Source: Octopus sinensis
Taxonomy: Eukaryota
Assembly: GCF_006345805.1 (NCBI RefSeq)
Contig: NC_043012.1
Coordinates: 5,952,001-6,016,000 of the forward strand
Length of the DNA stretch: 64,000 nucleotides
Direction of reading: 5' to 3'
Part shown: positions 27,220 through 41,131 of the stretch, piece by piece
Layout: every line of letters starts with the position of its first letter
Numbering within the stretch: the stretch's first letter is position 1
The notes under the pieces: generated by a model
What the model saw: the letters and a program-made list of their open reading frames with translations, nothing else
Database searches by the model: none
Told to the model about the DNA's origin: nothing
Position numbers and translations under genes: made by a program

Positions 27220-27579
27220 ATATATATATATATTATATTATATTTATTATATTATATTATATATGGTGTGTGTGTGTGTATATGTTTGTGTCTGTTCCTC
27301 CTACTTACTTGACACCATACTGGTTTGTTTACATCCTCATAACTTAGCAGTTCAGCCTAAGAGACCAATAGAATAAGTACCAGGCTCAAAAATAAGCAGT
27401 GGGGTTGATTTGTTTGACTAATCATTTCAAGATGGGGCCCCAGCATGGCTGCAGTCCAATGACTGAAGCAAGGAAAAGGAAAACAAAGTCAGTTGTTATG
27501 GCATTGAGATAGATCCGGCCACCCTCGTTAACGGGGACAAAACCCAGATTTAAAGTGTATGAGGATAATGACAACGACA

Positions 27580-27616
<37 letters not shown>

Positions 27617-28469
27617 GTTAGGCTGAGTTTCATGTGCTGAGTGAGATTGACCACAACCTCCTTATTCCTCACCAGCAAATTTCTGTCTTTGTGTTGATAT
27701 AAGGAATTGCTGATATTACTGCCATTGAAGAATAGTAGAATTAGTAGAATAGTGAATATTAGAATTGGTACTGTACAGATGTTGATATAATTATAACCAG
27801 TGTTTCACTAGTACTTAATTTACTGACCCTGAAGGGATGAAAGGCAAAGTCAACCTTAGCAGAATTTGAACTCAAAATGTAGCAACAGGTGAAATATCGC
27901 TAAGTATTTTGCCCAGTGTGCTAACAATTCTGTCAGCTCACCACCTTCAGGGTCAGTAAATTAAGTACTAGTAAAACACTGGGGTTGGCAGAATTGATTC
28001 ATCTCCTCCCTCAAAATTGCTGCCCTTGTGGCAAAATTTGAAACCATTATTATTATTATTATTTGACATTTGATAGTTTCAAGCAAATTTCAGCTGCAAC
28101 ACCTGCAACACCTTCGCATTACTGAGGCATGTGCAGTATTGTGTGTTCTTTTTTATTGTTGGTGAGAGTACAAACTCTTTCTCGGTATTGTAATGCATCG
28201 ATTTACTTTGTTATTGAGTTTGGTTTCCAGTCCTTTGTTGTGTTTGTGTTGTGTGTGTAATGTGAGTTGTATTCTTCTGTTGGGTATCCGTCCTGTAGAG
28301 TGCATGTTGTGGGGGTTGTATTACTGAATTGATAGTATCGTGCATAGGATGGGGTCTGTTCCTAGCAGGGCTAATTTTTTACATAATCTGTAGTGTTGAA
28401 GGTCCAGGTACAGCTTCTAGGCTTTTGCTCATATGTTTTTTTTATTATACCCAATGCTCCTATTATTAC

Positions 28470-28710
28470 TGGTATTTTTTACATTATTTACATTCGACAG
28501 ACATTGTTCCTCCTCTTGTTTGTTGTTAACACAAAATTTTGGCTGATATACTCTCCAGCCCTTATCAGGTGTCTTGGGGGAAATTTCGAACCTGCGTTCT
28601 CATTACTAAGGTATTTTTCAATGTTGTTATTATTCAGGTCACTGCTTGGAATCAAACTCGGAATCTTGGGGTTAGTAGCCCACACTCTTAACCACTACAC
28701 CATATGCCTT
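28470..28710 (-). mobile_element. tRNA-headed repeat with hammerhead-like (Penelope-type) tail, full-length copy
   Basis: Minus strand: GGCATATGGTGTAGTGGTTAAGAG (A box)..GAGTTTGATTCC (B box)..gacacCTGATAAGggctg..cagccAAAA..gtgtt (core mutated in this copy). Confidence 0.7.
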
Positions 28711-29094
28711 TGGGCATATGGCGTCAAATGAAAATAATGTACATAATTCCTCATCTTTTAAATATAGAACTGTATTATTACTGGTATTGTTTTCACCTTC
28801 ATGCTCCACATTTTGAATACTTCAATTTCGAGGTCTTTGTACTTCAACATTTCCTCCACTTTTTTGGGGGGACAATATTTTGATCAGAAGAGACTGCAAT
28901 GTCTATCAGTAAGCAGGTGTTTTTTCCCCCCCAATCCTTGATTATTATATCTGGGTGATTGATTTCTTTGTTAGTTTGAACAAGCATCTCCCAAATGATT
29001 ATGGCCTGGTCATTGTCTTGTATATTGTTTGGCACGTGTTTATACCATTTCTTGTTAGTTTATATTGTAGTGTTGGCCTATTGTCCTCTTATTA

Positions 29095-29245
29095 TTATTT
29101 CAAATTCTGCTGAGGTTGACTTTGCCCTTCATCCTTTCAGGGGTTGATGAATTAAGTACCAGTGAAACACTGGGGTCAATGTAATTGACTAGTCCCCTCC
29201 CCTAAAAATTTCAGGCCTTATGCTTTTAGTAGAAAGGATTGTTGT
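29095..29245 (+). mobile_element. SINE family A 3' part, ~55 bp upstream of the first PDZ exon
   Basis: tcaaattctgctgaggttgactttgcccttcatcctttcagggg..aaggatt. Confidence 0.75.
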
Positions 29246-29300
29246 TGTTGTTATTATTAATTATTGATTATTTATTTATATATTTTTTGTTTGTTTTCAG

Positions 29301-29437
29301 AGAAGACTTATTACGAAACTCCATCTATTGAAAGATGAAAATGGTTTAGGGATCCATATTGCTGGTGGGAAAGGCTCAAAGAAAGGTGATATTGGAATCT
29401 TTGTAGCTGGAATTACAGAAGGAGGCTCAGCCCACAA
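29301..29437 (+). CDS. PDZD2: PDZD2/IL16-family scaffold, coding exon: first half of PDZ domain A (RRLITKLHLLKDENGLGIHIAGGKGSKKGDIGIFVAGITEGGSAH)
   Basis: Acceptor ttgttttcag, donor aa|gtgagt; phase 0 in, phase 2 out. GLGI carboxylate loop and GG..G.GIFV pattern resemble the PDZ2 region of vertebrate PDZD2 as recalled. Confidence 0.92.
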
Positions 29438-32269
29438 GTGAGTATAAAGCCATCTAATTGAAAACATAAGAAAACAAAACAAAAAATTGATGGGGTGTAT
29501 GCTGAGCAGTGAGAATCCAAGCAATAACCTATCTGTTCTTTCTTGAAATGTTCTGACAGAATCAAATGTGAATATTTGTTTGCTGTTAGAAAATTACTAT
29601 TTGTAAATCTCACGAGAGATATTCAGCAACAGTACTTTTTGGAGTAAAGATTGTTTGCCAGCATAACATGGCAGTCCTGGTTTAGGACGAATGTTGCTGT
29701 AATTTAGCCCCAGGAGACATTGTCTCCAGCTAGCCATACAACATGATCTGTGTCCTTATATTTTCGAGCAAGGGAATCTAGCACCCCCACTCAGCTTAAA
29801 ACAATATCTGTGTATCACAATTTCTGGATTATTTCTCTTCATCAGCATGGAATAATTGTTCGGCTAGAGGTGGCACTGCCAAATTCCCGTTCAAAATATA
29901 TAGTTTTCAAAATGACAACTAGTTACTGATCTATAAATTAGAAAATTACTATTTGTAAATCTCACAACGAGAGATATTCAGTAACAGTACTGTTTATTGT
30001 TATTTTTGTTGTTATCAGACAACATCTGCACCTTTTAGATGATCTGTGTTCATAACATGTGATTCCAGGTTCAGTCCTACTGCATGGCACCTTGAGCCAG
30101 TGTCTTTTTCTATAGCCTTGGGCCAACCAAAGTATAAGGCGATTTTGAGGCATTGAAGTGTTTTGACCTTGTTGTGTGTCTCCCCTGTCAAAGCTATCCC
30201 TCTGGGTTGTTGAACCTGGCAAGTGTATGAGCTCTTTATTATGCCACTCATCATTGTTGTTTTTACATCTACTTTTCCAAGCCTGCATGAATCCGACGGA
30301 ATTTGTTGGGGCAGGTTTTCCATGGCCAGATGCCTTTCCTGTCACCAGCCCTCACCTGTTTCTGAATGAAACAATATTTTCCCCATGACCAGACCAGACC
30401 TGTTTTCATGGAACTTTGGAAACAGACACTGCTTGCATGACGGTCATACTCACAACTATCATGCAATGTGAAGGCAAAGGGAGAGAGTAACATGTACACA
30501 CACACACACACACACACACACACGCGCATGACTGTCTACTTTCAGTTTCCATCTACTAGATCAGCCTCCCTGAAATTTCAGCTATTGTGCCTACAGTAGA
30601 AAGGATTCAGCTTTGCCTTTCACCCTTTTCAGATCGATTAAATATGTACCAGTGGAGAACTGGGGGTCGATGTTATTGACTAGCCCTTTCTCCCAATTCT
30701 CAAGCCTTGTGCCTATAGTAGAAAGAATCATTATTATTATTATTGAGTGAGAGAGCAGTGCATGCCATCAAAGTGACACTGGTAAAATATACGAAGCCCA
30801 ATATACCAATCATGACTACTCATCTGATATGGGTACACCAGGCACATGCATCACAACCATATGTGTGTGACATGGTGATCTCATATCAAGATAAAGAGCA
30901 CATGACCTTGCAGGTGAGGCCCAGTTAGAATTTTCTTCAAGTCAAGTAACCCATCCCGCTCAAAGGGTCCCTGAATAAGGGTTGTTTAAGAATGTTGAAC
31001 AAAACACCCATGTTTCCAAAGGTGAATTATTCAAACTCCAAAGAATTCCTCTCAACACATGAGCTCTGCTGAGGTTGACTTTGTCTTTCATTCTTTTGGG
31101 GTCAATAAATTAAATACCAGTTACGCACTGGGGTCGATGTGATTGGCCTTTCCCCTTCCCTCAAGTTCCAGGCTTCGTACCTATAGTAGAATAGGATTAT
31201 TATTATTATTATTAAGACACTAGCCCAACAGGAATGTTAGAGTACCTGGCAAACTGCCCTTCAGTATTCAGTTATGTTCTCAGTTCAAATCCTAACAGAA
31301 ATCTTACTTTCATATCTGAGATTGTTGCTTCTTCTAAAGCCTCAGATTAACCCGAAGCCACCAAGTAAAATTAGCCGGATGAGAACAACACAGGGGCTCA
31401 CTGAATGGACTGCATTTGAAAGCGGCCATAGTGTCACTTTGACTATGAGTCTCTATGGAATACTCGGCCATCTACTTCACTATAATTCAATGAGAAATGG
31501 AAAAACCAGAAAAAGCCTATTTAAAAGACCATATCTGAGCCTTCTTGAAAATTGCATTACGGTCCCAGGTATGGCTGTGTAGTTAAAGTTTGCTTCCCAT
31601 CCATGTTGTTTTGGGTTCAGTCCCACTGTGAGGCACTTTATGCAAGTATCTTTTACTACAGCCTTGGGTCAACAAATACACTAAATATAGTGGTCAGCGC
31701 TAGGAAGAGTAACCATATCAAAGTGGACACCAGAACACCATGCAGTCCTTTGACATGTTGGGTCCTGTTGCACAGTCCAGCCCATGCCAGTGTGGTGGGA
31801 CATGCCACTGGTGGCACCCTGCTCTAGTGTCTTCTACAATAATGACAGGCAGGCCAAAGCCTTGGGAGCTGATTTGGTAGATGGAAACTGAAAGAAGCCC
31901 ATTATATGTGTGTGTGTGTCTGTCTTTATATTTGTCCCACTGCTGCTTGACAACTGGTGTTGGTGTGTTTACATCCCCATAACTCAGCAGTTCAGCAAAA
32001 GCTCTCAATAGAATAAGTACCAGGCTTTTTAAAAATAAATGTAGTATGGTTGATTCATTTGACTAAGTTCTTCAAGGCAGTGCCCCAGCATGGCCACTGT
32101 CTGATGACTGAAACAAGTAAATGATAAAAGATGTACACACACACATTTGTGAGATTCTTTCAGTTTCCACTAATCAAATTTCACATGGCTTCGGTTAGCC
32201 CAAGTCTATGGTAGAGGATACTTCCCCAATGTGTCGTGTGTGTGTCAGACTCACTGTCTACTTAGTTAA

Positions 32270-32480
32270 GTTAAGTTAAGTTAATTTTTTGGCTCAAAAA
32301 GCAAAAAGCAAGGCCATGTTGGGGGACATGGAGTTATGTACAGGGTGGTGTTCATACAAAGAGTTCAGGCCATTTGTGGTCAAGGGAGACTTTGAACCGA
32401 GCGGTAGTCGGCATCTTCACCATCTCGTCCGGCAGCTTATTCCACGGATTCGCAACCCGGACGGAGAAAGCCCCTCTCTT
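32270..32480 (-). mobile_element. Short 3' copy of CR1 family 1
   Basis: Closely similar to 35980-36185 (ggccatgt..gtggtcaagggagactttgaaccgagcgg..); (TTAAG)n tail. Confidence 0.85.
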
Positions 32481-34162
32481 TCGATTGAGATGAAATCGTT
32501 GACTGACATTATGGGATTATTGTAAACAAGTGCCACCAACATACAAGCAGTGTCTTTCATTTCTAGTTTTCTATGACAACATGTCTGGCTGTGGGGAAAT
32601 ATTATGTTACTCAAAAACAAGTTAAGGTTGGCAACAGGAAGAGCATCTAGCTGTAGCAAATCAGCCTCACTGGACTGATTCTGACCCATGCAGGCATAGA
32701 AATGTGGACGTTAAATCTGATGACAATGATGATGAAGGGAGATGTGCCTGTAACTGTGGAATACCCATTCCTTAGATTTTAATTTAATAAGCAGGTGGTT
32801 CCATTCATGGAAGATCTTGAGAAAGACCTGGTACACCTCCCCTGTCTCTGATTTATTCTGATCTCTTCTCACTCCCACTTTTCTATGCTTGCATGAGTCA
32901 GATGGAATTTGTTGAGGCAGATTTTTCTATGGCCAGAAGCTCTTGGTGCCAACCATCACTAGTTTCCAAGCAACGTATTTTCCCATGACTAACCGGACAT
33001 GTTTTTGTGGAAGATTGGAACTGACTAATACAGCTTTTGCGACTTTACAACTTCCGTGTGATGTCAAGATGAAGAGCCACACACTGATACACACTCACAC
33101 TTTCTCTCTTTCTCTCTCTCACACATACAATCTCCCTCACTCTCTTCCCCCCCTCTCTCTCTCTCTCTCTCTCTCATGCACACTTACACACACATACAAT
33201 GGGCATATTTCACTTTCCATCGACCAAATCTAATCTCAGTTCTTTTCGGCCCTGGTGCCATGCAGTGGGACTGAACCTGGAACCATGGGGTTGGGAGCTT
33301 CTTAGCCATGTGGCCATGCCTAAACCTCTTGAAATGTTATTTTTAATCCTACATTCATTGTCCATTTGTTTTTTGACTCCCGGTCACTTTGGTTTTAAAA
33401 GATTTTCTCGCTGTATACAAATACTTCTTTCAATGTATTGTTGTTCTTTAGCACAATGGAGTTATATGAGGGAAATGTTGCTATATATTCTAGCAAATCA
33501 AGTCAGTTGAAGACCCTCCCTTCTCTGACATAAAGACTATAACGGGTAATCAATGTAGCAAGGGAAGTAACTCTGTAGTTCAAGTTGTTTCCATATCTCT
33601 TGTCACTGTTGACTCGTTTTAACCTCTCTTTGTTACTCTGCAAGTAGGAGGGAGAGGGTACACTAAAAAATTTTTAAAATTATACTAAATACCATAAATA
33701 CCAGTAATATACTGCGATGACAAACTTCTCATTCATTCACTTAAGGGAAAAAAGAATTGGCCTGGTTAGGAGGATTATTCCCCCCCCCCTGCAAATCTGC
33801 AAATTTAAAAGCTATTTTCATTCTTGTTTCTGTCACAACTACTACTAAATTCAGCACAAGGCTCCAAAATTGCAAGGGGGGGGGTAAAGGTAAAGACCCC
33901 CTTCAGTCATGAATGACCATGGGATTGCACCTAGAAAGTTACCCTCTGAGGCACAAGTCCAGGCAAGGTTGTTTTTTGGAAGACCAGGAGTCACCTATAC
34001 ATACCAACCTCCCCTCTCTATGCCATTGATGTTATCCAAGAGAAAAGGAAAAGGTTGATTCAGCTCGGCACCAATGACGTTGCTATAGAAATGAGTTGTG
34101 GTGTCACTGGTGTCAAGAGAGTAAAGACTATAAATAAAATCAACTTCAATTTATGGCGAATA

Positions 34163-34788
34163 CGGTAAACCCTCGCCATATTGTGGTTCACCTGTCGCAC
34201 ACTCAGTACACTGCGGTTCGCTTGTCACGCACTCTACATCATGGTTCACCTGTCATGCACTCTACATCATGGTTCACCTATTGCACACTCAGTACATCAC
34301 GGTTTGCCTCTCGCGCACTCTACATCACAGTTCATCTATCGCACACTCAGTACATCGTGGTTCACCTGTTGTGCACTCTACATCGCGGTTCACCAATTGC
34401 TCACTCAGTACATCACGATTCACCTCTCGCACACTCTACATTGTGGTTCACCTGTCGTGCACTCAGTACATCGTGGCTCACCTGTCGCACACTCTACATC
34501 ATGGTTCACTTGTCGTGCACTCTACATCACGGTTCACCTATCACACACTCAGTACATCACGGTTTGCCTCTTGCGCACTCTACATCACAGTTCACCTATT
34601 GCACACTCAGTACATTGCGGTTCACTTGTCGCGCACTCTACATCACGGTTCACCTGTTGCATTCTCTACATCACAGTTCACCTGTCACGTACTCTACATC
34701 ACAGTTCACCTGTTGTGCACTCTACATCGCGGTTCACTTGTCGTGTACTCTACATCACGGTTCACCTATCGCACACTCTACATCACTG
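34163..34788 (+). repeat. 28/30-bp minisatellite (~20 units) inside a pogo/Tigger-like MITE shell
   Basis: Units GGTTCACCTGTCGCACACTC(AG)TACATCAC; begins TA|CGGTAAACCCTCGCCATATTG and ends CACTG|TA. Confidence 0.85.
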
Positions 34789-35079
34789 TATACAGCAGGA
34801 TTTGGAAAGACAGTGATGATGTTTGCCTGTTTACTTCATATATTTGTACTGTATACTACATTGGCTTGTATGCTGGAAAATATGGTTACACATAGCAGTA
34901 ATAAGTTGGGATGCAGTTCAGTTGACTATATATAACGTTCTTGCACAAAAATTAGCTCTTCTACCTTTTCGAAAGGCACCAGATATAATTGTGAGATTAA
35001 TTTAGACAATCATTAGAAAACAGCTTGGTTTGAATCAATGTCTCCAACACAGATCTTTTTTTTTGTCTTTATTTTTCAG

Positions 35080-35212
35080 AGATGGCCGGCTAAAACGTGG
35101 GGATGAGCTTCTCATGATCAATGGATCCAGCCTTATTGGCCTTACTCACCAGGAAGCAGTAAACGTTTTACGTAATACTTCCCAGGTGGTGCAGCTTGTC
35201 GTTGCATCAAAG
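35080..35212 (+). CDS. PDZD2: PDZD2-like exon: second half of PDZ A (K-DGRLKRGDELLMINGSSLIGLTHQEAVNVLRNTSQVVQLVVASK)
   Basis: Acceptor atttttcag, donor aag|gtaaga; phase 2 joins the previous exon (aa+a = K). DGRL..GD.LL.ING..L.GLTH.EAV..LR is a canonical PDZ C-half. Confidence 0.93.
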
Positions 35213-35959
35213 GTAAGAACAGACATTCTAGAACATTCTCCCCACCCACCTTTCCTATTACCTGTGCTTTCATTGTTATTATCAGCTTGAATGGTATTTC
35301 CACAAAATGTTCAATATTCAATGCCTTTAATGTTCAGTAACAGATGTTTCAATATATGCACACACATACACATATATATATAGAGGTATATTTATATAGA
35401 TATAGTACATATCTATATAGTTAGTAAAAAAAAGATATATATATATATATATACATTATATATATACACACACACACACATATATATAAGACAAAATATA
35501 AATAATGGTCACTACATATTCCTTTATCATAATAAATTTGACTTACTGTTGTTTCTGCTAGTTGTTATAGGTTCAATTATTGACTATTTTAATCAATCAG
35601 TCTATAGTTCAGTTGAGAAAAATTGAACAAACTAGAGAATGAATGCTACCCTAATTACAGTCATATCTATCTTCGTCATATCATGTCACTGGTCATCTGT
35701 CGTTGTTGACAATGACCAAAGACATCACATGGGAAAAGGCTGGGCACTGTGAGTCAGGCTGTGGTAGACCAGTCTGTTGTGTGCTCTGAAAGTTCTGCCA
35801 CAGGTCAGACACTGGTGGTCTGCAGAAATTGAATGCTAGCAGTTGGCTCTGGGCATGTGCAGTAAACGTTTTCTCTTTGCCCCTGCAATCCTGCTCTGTT
35901 CGTAAGAGGCGGCAATTCTGTTGATGCAGCTTCATTAGGCAGGGTGGCTACATATATAT

Positions 35960-36425
35960 ATATATGTTAGTTAGTTAATTTTGGGGCTCAAAAAGCAAAA
36001 AGCAAGGCCATGTAGGGAGACATGGAGTTATATACAGGGTGGTGTTCATGTAAAGAGTTCAGGCCACTTGTGGTCAAGGGAGACTTTGAACCGAGCGGTC
36101 GTCGGCATCTTCACCATCTCGTCCGGCAGCTTATTCCACGGATCCGCAACCTGGACGGAGAAAGCCCCTCTCCTTCGATTGAGATGGAATCATCGCAGGT
36201 AGAGCTTTTCGGAATGACCCCGCAGCTGACGCTCTGGAGCAGGAGTGAAGAACAGCTCTTTCGAGAGGTTACACTTTCCGCTTATGATGTTGTGAGCAAG
36301 AATGAGATCACCACGGCGTCGTTGTTTTTCTAGAGAATAAAGGTCGAGCGTCTTCAGCCTTTCTTCATAAGACAAATTCTTGAGACCAAGAACCATGCGG
36401 GTAGCCAGCTTCTGGACTCTCTGTA
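35960..36425 (-). mobile_element. CR1-clade LINE 3' fragment (family 1)
   Basis: ORF 36190..36468: RVQKLATRMVLGLKNLSYEERLKTLDLYSLEKQRRRGDLI..RGHSEKL, a typical CR1 ORF2 C-terminus; (TTAG) tail. Confidence 0.88.
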
Positions 36426-36427
36426 TG

Positions 36428-36463
<36 letters not shown>

Positions 36464-37101
36464 TGCATTTATAAAGGTGCTTAGCAGCATTTTGTCTGTC
36501 TTTATGTTCTGAGTTCAAATTCTGTTGCAGTCAACTTTATCTTTCATCCTTTTCAGGGTTCGATAGAATAAGTACCAGTTGAACACTGGAGTTAAAGTAA
36601 ATTGACTTAGCCCGTCTCCAAAATTTGAAGCCAAAATACACACCCATATACGTGTGTGTGTATGTTTGATTATGTGTGTATCACCTAGTTTTAAAAAGCA
36701 CATTGATTATATTGTTTACAAATAGACAGAAAGTAAATAAAGAATATGAGATTAAACAGGAAACTTGTCTAAGTGCATTTATAGATTGGTGGAAACACTT
36801 TGAATATACAACTGGCTTGTAATGGCACACACATCTGTGCATGCTTGTGTGTGTGTGTGTGACATGCTTTGAATTATTGAAACGCCATTTTGATTAAAAA
36901 TGAACTTCAACATTGCAGTGTAAAATGAATGCTATAGCTTTAAATGACATCATAGATGTTTGTGTATGTGGGTGTATATGTATGTGTGTATATATGTGTG
37001 TGTGTGCATATATATGGAAGACGGATGTTAAACAATGATGATATATATAAATATACATATATGCATGTGTGTGTATGTGTACAGATATATGTATTGGTGT
37101 G

Positions 37102-37148
<47 letters not shown>

Positions 37149-37624
37149 ATATGTGATATATGTATGTATATATGTGATATATGTATGTATGTATGTATGT
37201 ATGTGTGTGCACGTATCTATGTATGTTTGTATATATGTTTGTATATATGTGTGTATGCGTGTGTGTGTGTGTAACTATGTATGACTGTATATATATGTGT
37301 GTGTGTTTGATTATATGGATAATATGAATGTGTTGCATGAGGAGAAGCAGTATATTATATAGTCTTCAAATGTATTCATTTGGCCACATTCTGCATGGAA
37401 CCAATGTTTATCTAATTGCATACATATTTGTTTATGAGTGTGTGTGTGTGAGTTTGTATACATGCATGTATGTGTGTCTCGTACACTGTCATTTATGTAA
37501 ACTGAATTTGTTAAAGATTATGAGGAGAGTAAAGTTGGGCGTCTTTTAAATGATATGTTGTTTTACATCTGATTATATATGTGAGTGTATCTGAATATAT
37601 TATAATATATTATAATATATTATG

Positions 37625-37945
37625 AAGGCATGTGGCTTAGTGATTAAGGTATTCAGCTTGCAATTGTAAGATCATGGGTTCAATTCCTGACAGCGTGTTG
37701 TGTCCTTGAGCAAGACACTTTATTTCATATTGCCCCAGTCCATTCAACTGGCAAAAATGAGTAGTACTTGTATTTCAAAGGGTCAGCGTTGTCACAATCT
37801 GTGTCATGCAGAATCACCCTGAGAACTACATTAAGGGTGCACGTGTCTTTGGTGTACTCAGCCACTTGCATGTTAATATCACAAGCAGGCTCTTCTGTTG
37901 ATCGGACCAACTGGAACCCTCATTGTCGTAACTGACGTAGTGCCA
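37625..37945 (+). mobile_element. SINE family C, full length (other copies ~2600-2885, 14640-14905, 39530-39880)
   Basis: gtggcttagtgattaagg..gggttcaattcc head; gtgtccttgagcaagacactt; caaagggccagccttgtcaca..gagaactacattaagggt body. Confidence 0.8.
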
Positions 37946-38024
37946 GTTATTATAAGATATTTCGTGTATATGCATGCTTTTATATCTATTATATATTGCT
38001 TATCTTTGTGTCATCTCGTTGTAG

Positions 38025-38183
38025 CTTCGTAAGTCTGCTTCAATAGCATCAACGGCATCTTCCGCAATCTCTTATATGTCTTATGATGGGCATGATGGCT
38101 CTTATTCATCGGCAGCACAGTTACCCGAGGTGGTGGCCCAGACTCCGTCTGGTAGCATCATGAAGTGGGAAGAGATATTTGAG
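38025..38183 (+). CDS. PDZD2: PDZD2-like exon: Ser-rich linker (LRKSASIASTASSAISYMSYDGHDGSYSSAAQLPEVVAQTPSGSIMKWEEIFE)
   Basis: Acceptor ctcgttgtag, donor gag|gtaagt; 159 nt, phase 0/0, open frame in unique sequence between PDZ exons. Confidence 0.85.
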
Positions 38184-38517
38184 GTAAGTATTTTGAATCT
38201 ATCAAATATTACAGTTGTACGGCGGCTCTATAAACAATCTGTGGCCATACATTATCGTCATTATCATTGTCATAACAACCACTTTTTCATGCTTGCATGG
38301 GTTGGATGAATTTTATTGAGGCAGATTTTTCTGTGGCTGGGTGCTCTTCCTGTTGCCAACCCTCATCCAATTTCTAGCTAGGTAATGATACATTCACATG
38401 GCCAAACATGTTCTCCCAGAATAATGGAAATGTATGACACTGCTTGTGCAACAGTGACACTCATTTACAATTATCATGCAATATCAAGACAAGGAAACCC
38501 AAACACACACACACAGA

Positions 38518-38555
<38 letters not shown>

Positions 38556-39889
38556 ACACACACACACACACACACATGCAGTGGGGCTGAACCTGGAGCC
38601 ATGTGGTTGGTAAGCATTAACATGTAAAAATATTTTTGCTGGCACTTTTTTTACTGTTGTTAGCTGTCTTTGTTGGGCCAATTGGCTGGTCCACTCTTAT
38701 ATAGTTGGATCTGACATGACCGCTCCAAATCGTTTTTAGCATATCTGCATAGATGGAGCTATGACCGGCTAGTTCATTCTGCCATCCAGTATGATATGTG
38801 CATTTCAGGTTTGCGTAAACCCGAAACATACATTTTAAATGATTCCAAAATATCACTAGTTTGACTTCATTATTGCAACTATACATATAATATATATAGA
38901 AGTTCCTGGCCTTAAGGGTATTGTAAGAGGCCTAGTTGCAGGCCCAAGCTTCCCAGTTCTTTTACAGGGCTTAGAAAAACTGAAGGACCACTGCAGTAAA
39001 TGTGTGAATCTAAGAGGGGAATATGTTGAATACAATCATAATTAACTGATATTCCAGTATTTTCTTTTACCAAAAGCCAGGAACTTTTCAGCACCCACTC
39101 TTCATCATCATCATCATCTTTTAACGTCTGTTGTCCATGCTGGCATGGACAGTTTGACCAGTGCTGGTAAACTGAGGGGCTGCACCTGACTCCTGTCTGA
39201 TTTGGCATGCTTTCTACAGCTGGATGTCAACCACTCCAAGCGTGTAATGGGTGCTATTACGTGCCACCAGCAAGGGTGGCATTTGTGTGACACCAACTAC
39301 AATTTTGCTTGGCTTGATACGTTTGCTTCTCAAACATAGCATATTACCAAATGGTCTCGGTCATTCGTCGTTGCCTCCACGAGGCCCAACATTCGTGTAT
39401 ATATTTCAAGCCCTTCACTCCCCATGGGCTATCTTGTCTGCTTCTCTTGAGTTGGATCCTTGCCTTTTGCTTTTGTTGCGCCAAATTTTGTTTCTCTGGT
39501 GGTGGGGTATGCCTTCCTGTGCCAGGTTTTGGTTTGTGTGTGTGGAGGCACAATGGCCCACTGGTTAGGGCTGCGGACTCGCTGTCGTAGGATCGTGGTT
39601 TCAATTCTCAGACCGAGCATTGTGAGTGTTTATTGAGCGTAAACACCTAAAGCTCCACGAGGCTCTGGCTGGAGGTGGGGGCAAAACCTGCTGTACTCTT
39701 TCACCACAACTTTCTCTCACTCTTTCTTCCTGTTTCCATTGTACCTGTATTTCAAAGTGCCAGCCTTGTCACTCTCTGTGTCACGTTGAATCTCCCCCAA
39801 GAACTACGTTAAGGGTGCATGTGTCTGTGGAGGGCTCAGCCACTTGCACATTAATTTCACAAGCAGGCTGTAACCAATGGCGTGCCATG

Positions 39890-39920
<31 letters not shown>

Positions 39921-40099
39921 CATATATATGTATGTATATATATATGTGTGTACATGAGTTTGGAGTGATACAGTCAGTCCACTTCAGGGATGACCAAACG
40001 GACGGACCTTGACGAAGCTGCACCGACAATATTGCAAGGTTGCATTTGCACCAGTGAGTAGTTGCAACAGCAGAAATACATGTAGGTCATTATAATATG

Positions 40100-40296
40100 T
40101 TGGATACTCTTTACTCTTTTACCTGTTTCAGTCATTTGACTGCAGCCATGCTGGAGCACTGCCTTTAGTCGAGCAAATTCTTTGTAAGCCTAGTACTTAT
40201 TCTATCTGTCTCGTTTGTGGACCGCTAAGTTACGGGGACGTAAACACCAGCATTGGTTGTCAGAAAGAGCTGGTGTATTAGTATTGATGTTAGTGA

Positions 40297-40327
<31 letters not shown>

Positions 40328-40470
40328 CGACGGGCTTCTTTCAGTTCCCATCTACCAAATCCACTCACAAGGCTTTGGTCGGCCTGAGGCTATAGTAGAA
40401 GACACTTGCCCAAGGTGCCACGCAGTGGAGTGAACCATGTGATTGGCAAGCAAGCTACTTGCCACACAGC
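40100..40470 (-). mobile_element. SINE family B (other copies ~7255-7530, 26730-26885, 31570-32125, 46270-46420)
   Basis: Reverse-complement match to 17277-17665. Confidence 0.8.
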
Positions 40471-40854
40471 CACTCCTGCGCCTATATATCTATAAAATAA
40501 ATTTTGTGGGTGTACAAGTCTCCATACTCCTTATTATTAATATTATATATTTTATATAAGGTGCATAGCTTAGTAGTTAGGGTGTTGCATTCATGATTGC
40601 AAGATTGTGGTTTCAATTACCAGACCGGGCTTTGCGTTGTGTTCTTGAGCAAAGCACTTCATTTTACATTTCTCTGCAATCATTTCGTCATCTGACATTA
40701 GGTATCTAGTTGCACCTGTACAGGTAATGTCGATTGGATGGAGGGAGTGAGCTGATGTCTACACAAACATTTGATCACTATAAACAAATCATTTGTGTGG
40801 TTGTTCAATAAGAAATTGTCAAGTCCTCATATGTCGTTTAATGACGGGAGAGTC

Positions 40855-41131
<277 letters not shown>

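Noticed and set aside
28637-28708. tRNA gene calls for tRNA-like heads (also 17277, 62082, 62490)
   Set aside because: A/B boxes are present but they run into SINE bodies and lack complete cloverleaves.
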